A stretch of 64,000 nucleotides of DNA from contig CAVZUV010000003.1 of the NCBI GenBank assembly GCA_963778575.1, forward strand, positions 17,903 through 81,902, written 5' to 3'. The first letter of the stretch is position 1. The number at the start of each line of letters is the position of its first letter. A model generated the notes under the pieces. The model searched no databases, was not told the origin of the DNA, and was given only the letters and a program-made list of their open reading frames with translations. The stretch comes from an uncultured delta proteobacterium (GTDB lineage Bacteria; Desulfobacterota; Desulfobacteria; Desulfobacterales; UBA11574). The translations under genes were made by a program, and so were the position numbers. Below are positions 7,789 through 17,080 of this stretch, one piece after another.

Positions 7789-9870
7789 TCATGTTGCAGG
7801 AACAGGCACTGGTTTCGGGATGCGGGGTTTTTGCATGAAATATAGGAGAGCGAAAACGCTCAGTCCGATGAAACATACCCAGTAACGCTGGTCATAGGAA
7901 AGACCGATCCACGAGGCAACCAGGGCCGGGCGCATCATGACCAGGGTGATGAACAGAAAAAGCGGTATTTCATAGAATCGATTTTTTGCCACAAACCATC
8001 CCTGCGTCGCGGAAGCAAATGCAAAATTTCCGATACAGGCCATGGCAAATATCAGGATGCCCAAAGGCCAGCTAAAGATATTGTGAAGAATCAGGTCGCT
8101 GTTGAAAATGAACATGAACGGCAAGATAGCGGTTCGAATATCATACATGAACCCCTGGACCCCGGTGGCGATGGGCGGCGACTTGGCAATGGCAGCCGCG
8201 GCATAGGCGGCCAGTCCCACGGGCGGGGTATCATCGGCAAGAATTCCGAAATAAAAGCAGAAGAGATGGGCGGCCATTAAAGGCACCATAAACCCCTGGC
8301 CGTGGGCAATGTGAACCATGGCCGGTGCGGTCAAAGACGCCATGACAATATACGTGGCGGTAGTCGGGAGTCCCATCCCGATGATCAGGCTGGCGAAGGC
8401 GGTGACGACCACCATAATATAAATGTTTCCGCCGGATATGGTATCGATGATCTGGGTAATCAGTCCGCCCAGACCCAGGGCCACCACACCGACGATGATG
8501 CCGGCGGCGGCCGTGGCAAGGGCCACGGCAACCATGTTTCTTCCCCCTGCGGCAAGGCCTGAAAAAATGTCGACAATGCCTTGCTTGAATGCGGCGCCCA
8601 TGGGCTCTTTGTTCAGATAAGCCTTGACCGGGCCTTGAACCAGCATAATCGCCCCCAAGACGCCTATGGCTTGAAATGCGGCACGTTCAGGGGTATGCCG
8701 GGCAATCACCAACTGGTAAAGAAGAAACAGCACCGGTAAAATAAAGTGGATGCCGCTGATCAATGTTTTGAAAAACGGCGGAAGTTCTTCTTTGGACATC
8801 CCCCTTAAACCGGCTTTGGAGGCTTCGATATGGGTAATGTAGAGCAGGGCCGCATACGAGGCAAATGCCGGAATCGCGGCGGCTTTAATAACTGAAATGT
8901 AGGGGACGTTGACATATTCGGCGATTATAAATGCGGCGGCCCCCATGATGGGCGGCGCGATCTGCCCGTCCGTGCTGGCGGCCACTTCTATGGCCGCGGC
9001 TTTGGTGGGCGGATAGCCGACCTTTTTCATGAGCGGGATCGTAAACGTGCCGGTGGTGACGACATTGGCGATACTCGACCCGTTGACAAGGCCTGTGAAC
9101 ATGCTGCCCAAAACCGCTGCTTTGGCCGGGCCGCCTTTGAACCGTCCCAAAAGGCTCAACGCCAAATGGATAAAATATTTCCCGGCGCCGGCTTTATCCA
9201 GCATGGCGCCGAAAAGCACATACAGATAGACGATGGTGGCCGAAACATCCAGTGGAATGCCGTATATCCCTTCGGTGGACATGGTCATCTGACCCACGAA
9301 CCTGCTGAGCGAGACCCCTTTAAAGGCGATAACGTCGGGCATATAAGGGCCTAAAAAGGCATATGCGCAAAAAAACGTGGCGATAACAGAAAGGGCAGGG
9401 CCGATGACCCGGCGGGATGCTTCCAGCAAAAGCACCACCAGGATGAGTCCGATGACAAGATCTCTGGTGATGGGTGCGCCGTAACGTTCCGTCATTCCGG
9501 AATAATCGATGGCGATATATAGTGCCGAAAGGCAGGCCACAACGGCGATAATATAGTCCAGCAGCGGAATCCGGTCTTTTTGAGAGAAATATTTAAGCCC
9601 GAAACGGGTCTTTTTAAAAAGGGGATAATTCAGAAAAACGATCAACATGGCAAACCCCAAATGGATGGCCCGGATAAAGGTTGAATCGAGAACCAGCCAA
9701 CTGGGGATGGAGAGTTGAAAAAGACTCCAAATCACGGCAATGAAGGGAATAATGTATTTCCCAGGCCCTTTGGGTTTTCTGCTGATGCCTCCTTCTTCTT
9801 CAGCCAGACGTTTGGCCAGTTCCATTCCATCGTCGGGTTCATGAATGTCTTTTTCGTTCATGGGTTTCAC
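7789..9870 (-). CDS. TRAP transporter fused 4TM/12TM permease (TAXI type)
   Basis: A 693-aa polytopic membrane protein located directly downstream of a TAXI solute receptor gene. Confidence 0.85.
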   Translation of the reverse strand: MKPMNEKDIHEPDDGMELAKRLAEEEGGISRKPKGPGKYIIPFIAVIWSLFQLSIPSWLVLDSTFIRAIHLGFAMLIVFLNYPLFKKTRFGLKYFSQKDRIPLLDYIIAVVACLSALYIAIDYSGMTERYGAPITRDLVIGLILVVLLLEASRRVIGPALSVIATFFCAYAFLGPYMPDVIAFKGVSLSRFVGQMTMSTEGIYGIPLDVSATIVYLYVLFGAMLDKAGAGKYFIHLALSLLGRFKGGPAKAAVLGSMFTGLVNGSSIANVVTTGTFTIPLMKKVGYPPTKAAAIEVAASTDGQIAPPIMGAAAFIIAEYVNVPYISVIKAAAIPAFASYAALLYITHIEASKAGLRGMSKEELPPFFKTLISGIHFILPVLFLLYQLVIARHTPERAAFQAIGVLGAIMLVQGPVKAYLNKEPMGAAFKQGIVDIFSGLAAGGRNMVAVALATAAAGIIVGVVALGLGGLITQIIDTISGGNIYIMVVVTAFASLIIGMGLPTTATYIVMASLTAPAMVHIAHGQGFMVPLMAAHLFCFYFGILADDTPPVGLAAYAAAAIAKSPPIATGVQGFMYDIRTAILPFMFIFNSDLILHNIFSWPLGILIFAMACIGNFAFASATQGWFVAKNRFYEIPLFLFITLVMMRPALVASWIGLSYDQRYWVCFIGLSVFALLYFMQKPRIPKPVPVPAT

Positions 9871-9934
9871 CTAATTGATCGTCTCAAAGATTTTACGGTG
9901 AATTAATGCTTAACCAATGGCAGGCATTCAATGG

Positions 9935-9973
9935 GGAACACAGCGGCGGGCTCTTTGCCCGCCGCTGTGTTCC
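9935..9973 (-). promoter_or_regulatory. Perfect 17-bp GC-rich intercistronic stem-loop between the TRAP receptor and permease genes
   Basis: GGAACACAGCGGCGGGC (9935..9951), loop TCTTT, then GCCCGCCGCTGTGTTCC (9957..9973). There is no U-tract on the transcribed strand. Confidence 0.7.
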
Positions 9974-9996
9974 ATCGTTAAAAGAGTGTTGCAGGC

Positions 9997-10977
9997 TTAT
10001 TTTAAACCGGCTTCTTTATAATATTTCATGGCGCCCGGATGGATCGGCGCGGAAAGACCTTCCAGCATGTTCTGTTTGGTTAAAACGCTGTAAGCCGGAT
10101 GCAAGGTTTTGAATTCTTCTAAATTGTCAAAGACTTCCTTGGTAATGGCGTACACGACCCGATTCGGAACCTTGGCTGAAGTGACGAGCGTAGCTTTGAC
10201 GCCAAATGTCGGCACATCGGCATCATTAACGGCACCCGGATAAAATTGGATGGGAATCACGGCTTTGGCATAGTAGGGGTATTTTTGCAGAAGTTTATCG
10301 ATCCCTAAAATGGAAGCAAAGCGTACTTTTCTTTTACCGGAAGTCGCTTCCTTGATGGATCCGTTGGGATGGCCGACGGTATAGAAGAACGCATCGATTC
10401 TGCCGTCCTGGAGGAGTCCGGCCGATTCAGCCGCCTTGATCCCTTCGGCCTGCAAGTCTTTTTCATAGTTGATTCCTACTGCCTCAAGTGCATCAATGGA
10501 ATTTTGACGCTGGCCGGAGCCGGGATTGCCGATGTTGACCCTTTTGCCCTTCAGGTCTTTGATGTCTTTGATATTTGCATCAACGGCGGCCACCAGCGTG
10601 ACGGATTCCGGATGGATGCTGAATACGGCCCGGAGGTCTTTCTGGGGACCCGCATCTTTCCATTCGGCAAGGCCGTGAACGGCTTGATACTGCCGGTCGG
10701 ACTGAACAATACCGAATTCCAGGTCGCCGGACATGACGGCATTGACATTGAAGACCGAACCGCCGGTGGATTCAACAGTGGCCCGGATCCCGTATTCTTT
10801 TCGCTTGTTGTTGACCATTTTCGCAATGGCGCCGCCGGTGGGATAATAAACGCCGGTAATGCCGCCGGTACCGATGGTGACGAAGGTCGTTTTGGCCTGA
10901 GCGGTCGTCGGTGTTCCTCCCATGAAAATGGCAAGCCCAAAAGCAAATGCAATGCCGATAACAAGAAATTTTTTCAT
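9997..10977 (-). CDS. TAXI-family TRAP transporter solute-binding protein
   Basis: 326 aa with a signal peptide. TIGTGGITGVYYPTGGAIA and NIGNPGSGQRQN are TAXI hallmarks. Confidence 0.85.
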   Translation of the reverse strand: MKKFLVIGIAFAFGLAIFMGGTPTTAQAKTTFVTIGTGGITGVYYPTGGAIAKMVNNKRKEYGIRATVESTGGSVFNVNAVMSGDLEFGIVQSDRQYQAVHGLAEWKDAGPQKDLRAVFSIHPESVTLVAAVDANIKDIKDLKGKRVNIGNPGSGQRQNSIDALEAVGINYEKDLQAEGIKAAESAGLLQDGRIDAFFYTVGHPNGSIKEATSGKRKVRFASILGIDKLLQKYPYYAKAVIPIQFYPGAVNDADVPTFGVKATLVTSAKVPNRVVYAITKEVFDNLEEFKTLHPAYSVLTKQNMLEGLSAPIHPGAMKYYKEAGLK

Positions 10978-11270
10978 TTGAACCTCCTTAACTTTCAGTT
11001 ACGGTTAGATAAAAAAACGAATTCTTCAACAAATTGTTACTTCCCTCCTTTCTTCCGTCATTTTAATCAAACAGTTGTAAAACCTCATTTGTTACTTTTT
11101 TTATCGATAATAGCGCGTGTAATTTAGATGCTATTGTGGAGTAGGATCAGAAACTTAATGAATACCGTTCAATTAATCATGTGAAATCACGGTAAGTCAA
11201 GCTTTAAATTTAAAATGTTTATCTGTCAGGAGTATTGCATATATTGAATTTATCATCTAAAAGGTTGAAA

Positions 11271-12116
11271 ATGGAAGAGAATGGCAAAATAGAAAAAGCC
11301 CCTCGGGTGAGCGTCATCATTCCGACATACAACCGTGCCGGCATCATTGCGGAGGCGGTGGATTCCGTTCTGGCGCAGGACTACAAGGATTTTGAATTGA
11401 TTGTGGTGGATGACGGTTCTACGGACAATACTTCCGAGGTAATGGCGCGGTATGGAGACGATGTCCGCGTACTTTTTCAAGAGAATAAAGGGGTAAGTGC
11501 CGCTCGAAACCGGGGAATCACGGAAGCATCCGGGAAGTTAATTGCTTTTCTCGATTCCGATGATCTTTGGTTGCCGCAAAAACTTTCGACACAAGTGGAA
11601 TTCTTCAGTCAAAGGCCGGATGCGCTAATCTGTCAAACCGAAGAAGTTTGGCTCAGAAACGGTATTCGCATCAACCCTAAACATCGGCACAAAAAGCCTT
11701 CGGGAATGATTTTTGAACCCTCTTTGAAACTATGTCTTGTCAGCCCTTCTGCGGTGATGATCCGACGGGATTTGTTGGATAGAACAGGGGGCTTTGATGA
11801 AACCCTGCCGGCCTGCGAAGATTATGATCTGTGGCTCAGGATAAGCTGCCGTTTTCCCGTTTATCTGATCGAGACGCCCCTGATTATCAAACGGGGCGGT
11901 CACGACGACCAATTGTCCAAAGGGACCGGTCTTGATAAATTCCGGATCAAAACCATCGAGAAAATCATCAATACCGGGATTCTGTCGGATGATCAATACC
12001 GGGCGGCTCTTATCGTGCTCAAAAATAAATGCGATATCTACGCCGCCGGATGCCGGAAACGGGGAAGAGAGGAGGAAGCGCGGTATTATGAGACGCTCGC
12101 GGCAGGGTTTGAATAA
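11271..12116 (+). CDS. Family 2 glycosyltransferase
   Basis: Motifs VSVIIPTYNR, VVDDGSTDNT and LDSDDLW (DxD). The ATG at 11271 is preferred over the TTG at 11235. Confidence 0.8.
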   Translation: MEENGKIEKAPRVSVIIPTYNRAGIIAEAVDSVLAQDYKDFELIVVDDGSTDNTSEVMARYGDDVRVLFQENKGVSAARNRGITEASGKLIAFLDSDDLWLPQKLSTQVEFFSQRPDALICQTEEVWLRNGIRINPKHRHKKPSGMIFEPSLKLCLVSPSAVMIRRDLLDRTGGFDETLPACEDYDLWLRISCRFPVYLIETPLIIKRGGHDDQLSKGTGLDKFRIKTIEKIINTGILSDDQYRAALIVLKNKCDIYAAGCRKRGREEEARYYETLAAGFE

Positions 12117-12138
12117 TTGCTAAGCAGGAGGTTGGGTT

Positions 12139-12299
12139 GATTTAAATCACAAATTCCAAGCACCAAATAACAAATAAATCACAAATTCCAATATTCAATG
12201 ACCAAAATCTTCAAGGGCGAGTCCCACCCTCGGGATTGGATTTTCGAATTTTGTTTATTGAGATTTGTTTGGTATTTGGGATTTGATCATTGGAATTTA
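12139..12299. repeat. Long imperfect palindrome built from CAAAT/CCAA words between convergent genes
   Basis: The left arm AAATCACAAATTCCAAGCACCAAATAACAAATAAATC... is largely complementary to the right arm ...GATTTGTTTGGTATTTGGGATTTGATCATTGGAATTT. For example, AAATTCCAA pairs with TTGGAATTT. The apex is around GGGCGAGTCCCACCCTCGGG. Confidence 0.6.
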
Positions 12300-12302
12300 A
12301 CT

Positions 12303-15300
12303 TTACGCCATCCTTTCGACCTCCCTAAACCTATCTTCTATTCGCTTATTTGAAACCGGGACGGATGTTTTAAGTTCCTGTGCATAAATCGACACCTTAT
12401 ATTCTTCGATCAGCCAGTAAAGCGCTTCGACGGCGGCTTTCTTTTCTTCGGAAGCGGATTCGGAAAGTCCTTTCAGGAGTTGATTCAGTCTTTCGGTAAA
12501 AACGGCTACGACATCCGATTTTGTCCGATCTTTTTCGAGATCGACCATGCCCCGTTCCCCACGAATCACAAGCGCTTTCATATATCGGACAAGATGCACC
12601 ATTCGTTCGGGATCATATAGATCAATGAAATTTTCAGGTATTAATTTGGAAAGCTCGGCTCTTATCCCTTTTAGAAATTGTAAAACCACAGGGTTGGTCT
12701 TGTGCGCAACTTCGAAGGAATAAAGGGTGGTTCGTGTTTCGTGATAAGACTTGAGGACCGGCAGGCTGTGTTCCAGGAGTTCCCGGCCTTCGGTGACCAT
12801 GGATCGGGCCGCGACGTCAGCATGGGCATAAAAAGCGTTTCTGCTTCGGATGTTTTTAAAAAATAAGTTTTTGATGATGTGTTCAAACAACCTTTTTACA
12901 ACGCAGGCTGATCCGCCGAAATAATCCGCTGCTTTTTCCATATCTTTCGGCAATTTCAGCGCCTTTTTTAAAAATTTCAAATCCTTTGATAAATAAAGGG
13001 AAAAGAGCACGGCGACGCCTTCTCTGTGAGATGACAGTGCTGCTTCAAGGTTTAAAAAGAGACGCAGATTGACGCTTTTTTCTTTTTCACCGGCTTTTTG
13101 AAGCCCGGGGTAGACTGGCCATTTCGCCGAACCAATGCCTTTCAATTCGATGCTTTCGGGTAAGTCCGAAAAATTCCAGCCGGTAATGCCGTCCCGTTCC
13201 CACATTTTCTTTGCAGTGTATAGTTCAGGAGTCGGAATTGCCGGGCCTTTGTTTGAAATTCGCCGGCTCAGCAATGCCGGATCTCTGCCGGAGGAAAGTT
13301 CTTTTCCTTTTGTGTCGGTGATCGATATCCGCATCTTCAAATGATCCGGCAGAAGATCATCCGGCCAGGCAGATGCAGGGATATCGATGTTGAAACGGGT
13401 AAAGATAAAATTGCCGAGAGCCGTGATTAAGGAAGTCCGGGTTTTGGGCATTTCATTGATGACAATATCCACGGTATCGGCGACAGGGACCAGCTTTTTT
13501 CGATAATTTTTGGGCAATCCTTTGATCAGTGCAGTGATTTTTTCTTTGTACAGCCCGGGCACCAGCCATTCAAGAGATTCGGACGGCACGGAACCGGCCA
13601 TGGCGGCTGGAATACTTACGGTGACGCCGTCATCGGGGGTTCCGGGATCGAAGCGATACGCGCAGTCCAAACTCAGATGCCCAAGGTCAAGCCGGTCCGG
13701 GAAGCGTGACAGCTCTTCTTTATCCGGATCATACCGGATAATGTCTTCAGGCTTCATACGCAGGTTTCGGTCATTTGCCGTATCTTTGATATAAGTTTTC
13801 AGCGTCCTGATATCGAAACATTTTTCGAGCCGACGACTGTAAAAATCGAACAACTGCGCCTCGCTGACCAGAATATCTCTTCTACGGATCCGGTCCTCTA
13901 TATTCTCGACACCGTCAATGAGCTTTTGATTGTGATGCAAAAAATCAAACGTTTCATTGATATCACCGTCGATCAGCGCGCTTTGAATAAAAATTTCCGT
14001 TGCGCGGTCCGGATCGATGTTGCCATAAGGAACCTGCCGCTTGGGGATAATCACAAGACCGAAAAGACTGACCTGTTCGTAAGCCGTGACCCGACCATTT
14101 TTCCTTTCCCAGTGGGGGTGAAGATAGGTGCGCTTGCATAAGTTTCCTCCCAGGTCTTCCAGCCACGCGTTGTCGATATTTGCACAGGTTCTGGCGAACA
14201 GACGCGATGTTTCGATCCATTCCGCTGCGACGATCCATTCTTTAGCCGTATTGAACAGGGTCGATCCCGGAAAAATCATCACCTCTTTTCCTTTAGGCGC
14301 TTGAAAAATGTTCTTTTCCTTTTTTACGGCGATGTTGGATAAAAAGCCGCTTAAAACGGATTTGTGGATAGCGGTGTAAAGACGACTGAATTGTGTATCC
14401 GGAATCAGGTCTTTCGATTGTCGCCGGGGGAGGGAAACATGCTCCGGAATGCGCTTTTTTGCGGTTTTTTTTGTATCATTCATACGATATTCTGTCATTG
14501 TTTCGAAAAGCTGGGCATGAATATCCCGCCATTCCCGCATCCGCTTGAAGGAAAGGTAGTGACGTTTGCAGAATTTTTTAATGCGGCCGGTTGTTTTTTC
14601 TTTTTTCAAAACCTGTTGATAGGTATTCCAGATATTGAGCAGCGTGATAAAATCGGAAAAAGGATCACAAAACACTTTCTGGGCCTGATCCGCTTCCCGG
14701 GCTTTTTCAGCGGGCCTTTCACGGGGATCCTGAATACTAAGGGCAGCGGCGATTACGATCATTTCCTCAAGACACCCCTGGTTCCGAGCCTCAATAAGCA
14801 TTCTCGACAGTCTCGGATCGATGGGCATCTTCGCCATGAGTTCGCCTTTTTTCGTCAGTAAAAAGCGGCTGGTCTTTTTGGATTTTCGGTTTGACCCGGG
14901 AACAATGGCGTCCAGCTCGTAAAGGAGATCGAATCCGTCCTGGATGCTTTTTGCCGCCGGTTTGTCAATAAAAGGAAAATTCGATATATCCCCCAGATTT
15001 AGAGAAATCATTCGCAGGATAACTTCTGCAAGGTTGGCCCGTAAAATTTCAGGCGAAGTAAAAAGCGGCCGGTTTTCGAAATCGTTTTCGGAAAACAGCC
15101 GGATGCACACGCCGTTTTCCATGCGGCCGCATCTTCCTTTTCGCTGATCGGCGCTGCTTTTTGATATGCCGGTCACCGGAAGCGCTGTAATTCTCATCCG
15201 CGGCATATAATGGGATATTCGTGCAAGTCCCGTGTCGATAACATATTTGATACCGGGTATGGTGAGGGAAGTTTCGGCGATATTGGTGGCGACGATAATT

Positions 15301-16325
15301 TTTCTACCCGTACCCCGTGAAAAAACCCGGAACTGCTCGGATGCCGACAGCCTGGCAAACAGTGGCAGGATATCCGTATGACGGAAATTCTTTGCCTTGA
15401 TGAGTTCGCAGGTTTCACGAATATCTGCTTCCGTAGGCATGAAAATCAGAACATCTCCGGAATTTGTTTCTCTAAAAAGGCGGTTCAGTTCGCGGACGGC
15501 TGTCTCAACGTGGGTCTGGGGGTCGTCGTTTTCAATGGATATGTCTTGGGGTAAGTAACGCACCTTTACCGGATACATGCGGCCGGACACTTCGATCACC
15601 GGCGCATGATCGAAAGCTTTTGAAAATTTTTCGGTATCGATGGTGGCGGAGGTGACAATCAGTTTAAGGTTTTTTCTTTTTGTTAACAGCGTCTTTAGTA
15701 TGCCCAGGATAAAATCGATATTCAGACTTCTTTCATGGGCTTCATCCACAATGATGGTGTCATATTCATACAGGCCCGGATCATTTTGAGCTTCCGCCAA
15801 AAGCATGCCGTCCGTCATAATCTTGATAAAACCATTAGGACTCGTCTTGTCTTTGAATCTGATTTTATAACCGACGGACTTTCCGGGCACCTCTCCGAGT
15901 TCTTCGGCGATCCTTTGAGAGACCGTTATTGCGGCGATTCTTCTGGGCTGGGTACAGCCGATCTTTCCGTCGATCCCGCGGCCCGCGGCAAGACAGAACT
16001 TCGGTATCTGCGTGGTTTTCCCGGAGCCGGTTTCACCGGATATGATTACCACCGGATGATTTTTGATGGCCTCGATGATGTCGTCTTTTTTGGACAGGAT
16101 AGGGAGGGCTTCGTTGTAGACCGGTTCCGGCCGATGTATTTTGCGCCAGGCTCTTTTGTTGACGGATTTTTGAAGCCTTTTTTCGATAAGAATCAGTCGC
16201 CGGTTAATTTTTTCATGAGACGATGGCTTCTCTATTTGCCGTTTAATGCTGATGATGTCACGACGAACCGCGTGTCTGTCTGCAATCAGTGCGTTTGGCA
16301 ACAGCGATTCGATATTTTTAAACAT
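12303..16325 (-). CDS. hrpA: ATP-dependent RNA helicase HrpA (DEAH box)
   Basis: Motifs GETGSGKTTQIP, DEAHERS, SATID, TNIAETSLTIPG and QRKGRCGR, with the long HrpA C-terminal region. MFKNIESLL (ATG 16325) aligns with the HrpA N-terminus. The ORF-track start at 16385 would overlap the upstream gene. Confidence 0.9.
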   Translation of the reverse strand: MFKNIESLLPNALIADRHAVRRDIISIKRQIEKPSSHEKINRRLILIEKRLQKSVNKRAWRKIHRPEPVYNEALPILSKKDDIIEAIKNHPVVIISGETGSGKTTQIPKFCLAAGRGIDGKIGCTQPRRIAAITVSQRIAEELGEVPGKSVGYKIRFKDKTSPNGFIKIMTDGMLLAEAQNDPGLYEYDTIIVDEAHERSLNIDFILGILKTLLTKRKNLKLIVTSATIDTEKFSKAFDHAPVIEVSGRMYPVKVRYLPQDISIENDDPQTHVETAVRELNRLFRETNSGDVLIFMPTEADIRETCELIKAKNFRHTDILPLFARLSASEQFRVFSRGTGRKIIVATNIAETSLTIPGIKYVIDTGLARISHYMPRMRITALPVTGISKSSADQRKGRCGRMENGVCIRLFSENDFENRPLFTSPEILRANLAEVILRMISLNLGDISNFPFIDKPAAKSIQDGFDLLYELDAIVPGSNRKSKKTSRFLLTKKGELMAKMPIDPRLSRMLIEARNQGCLEEMIVIAAALSIQDPRERPAEKAREADQAQKVFCDPFSDFITLLNIWNTYQQVLKKEKTTGRIKKFCKRHYLSFKRMREWRDIHAQLFETMTEYRMNDTKKTAKKRIPEHVSLPRRQSKDLIPDTQFSRLYTAIHKSVLSGFLSNIAVKKEKNIFQAPKGKEVMIFPGSTLFNTAKEWIVAAEWIETSRLFARTCANIDNAWLEDLGGNLCKRTYLHPHWERKNGRVTAYEQVSLFGLVIIPKRQVPYGNIDPDRATEIFIQSALIDGDINETFDFLHHNQKLIDGVENIEDRIRRRDILVSEAQLFDFYSRRLEKCFDIRTLKTYIKDTANDRNLRMKPEDIIRYDPDKEELSRFPDRLDLGHLSLDCAYRFDPGTPDDGVTVSIPAAMAGSVPSESLEWLVPGLYKEKITALIKGLPKNYRKKLVPVADTVDIVINEMPKTRTSLITALGNFIFTRFNIDIPASAWPDDLLPDHLKMRISITDTKGKELSSGRDPALLSRRISNKGPAIPTPELYTAKKMWERDGITGWNFSDLPESIELKGIGSAKWPVYPGLQKAGEKEKSVNLRLFLNLEAALSSHREGVAVLFSLYLSKDLKFLKKALKLPKDMEKAADYFGGSACVVKRLFEHIIKNLFFKNIRSRNAFYAHADVAARSMVTEGRELLEHSLPVLKSYHETRTTLYSFEVAHKTNPVVLQFLKGIRAELSKLIPENFIDLYDPERMVHLVRYMKALVIRGERGMVDLEKDRTKSDVVAVFTERLNQLLKGLSESASEEKKAAVEALYWLIEEYKVSIYAQELKTSVPVSNKRIEDRFREVERMA

Positions 16326-16366
16326 ATCGGTAAAACCTAATAGGAATTCAGGAGATGCGCATCCCC

Positions 16367-17071
16367 TCAGCACGCACCTTTGCATGCGCGTTTCAATGCC
16401 TTAAGAAGCGCGGCTCTGTGAAATTCACCGGCCAGATGCACCGGACTTTTACCGTAGATCGGATCCCAGGCCGAAGGATCCGCCACACAGAAATATTGCA
16501 CTTCAAGTCCGATTCGGACCGGGGCTTCTTTGACGGAAAGACCTTCAACACGCTGTGCCGCCTCCCAGGTCGCTTTGCAAGGCGCCCCCCGGACCACTTC
16601 AATGCGATCGATACGACCTTGGGAAACCTTTACGGTAAACTCCGGCATGCCAAACATGTTTCCATAATCACCCAGGCAGACCTGCCTGGAGAGACCGCAT
16701 CATGTGGGCGGCGTCAGGACGCCCTCGACGTGTAACTTTTTCCCGGAAGCCACCACCGGGATTTTTTTGTCACGGCAAAGTGCGGCAAGATCATGGGATA
16801 GGTCCGGATGTTTTAAATAGTCCAGAACCAGATCCGCCTGAAAGTTTCGGGGAATGTATTTTGTGGTATCGTCGATAATTTCAGGCAGCGTTTCATTGAT
16901 GGATACCACTTCCACGGTAAAACGGTTGTCGCCGTATTGCCGGATGCCTTCTATTTTTTTTTCACCGCTGTTGTTTTGCTGGAAAACCAAAATCTTTTGT
17001 GGTTTGGCGCCAGGTTTCAGTTCTCGTGTTTTTGATGCGATACCGGTTGTGCATTCAATGTCTTTTTCCAT
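16367..17071 (-). CDS. DUF166/COG1810-like protein with an in-frame UGA, predicted selenocysteine (234 aa)
   Basis: ORFs 16700..17071 and 16367..16657 are in the same frame, separated only by TGA (16702..16700) plus 14 sense codons. The junction reads ...VLTPPT-U-CGLSRQVCLGDYG. A SECIS-like hairpin follows the UGA. Confidence 0.7.
16668..16702 (-). promoter_or_regulatory. Bacterial SECIS-like element downstream of the in-frame UGA
   Basis: The RNA is UGA UGC GGU CUC U-CCAGGCA-GGUC-UGCCUGG. It forms a perfect 7-bp stem (plus-strand 16672..16689) with a GGUC loop about 10 nt after the UGA. The apex GCAGGUCUGC is the same string as in the E. coli fdhF SECIS minihelix (recalled from memory). Confidence 0.65.
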
Positions 17072-17080
17072 TTTATCTAC

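Noticed and set aside
10369-11127. 252-aa plus-strand ORF
   Set aside because: It is antisense to the TAXI receptor gene and extends into the promoter region. No motifs were found.
16326-16385. N-terminal 20-codon extension of hrpA given by the ORF track
   Set aside because: It would overlap the 3' end of the upstream selenoprotein gene, and the HrpA alignment starts at MFKNIESLL.
16700-16702. TGA as a genuine stop or pseudogenising nonsense mutation splitting a DUF166 gene
   Set aside because: This is less likely than Sec decoding. The UGA sits next to Cys in a CC-type position, the downstream part has no independent start context, and an fdhF-like SECIS follows at the correct distance. 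It remains the formal alternative.
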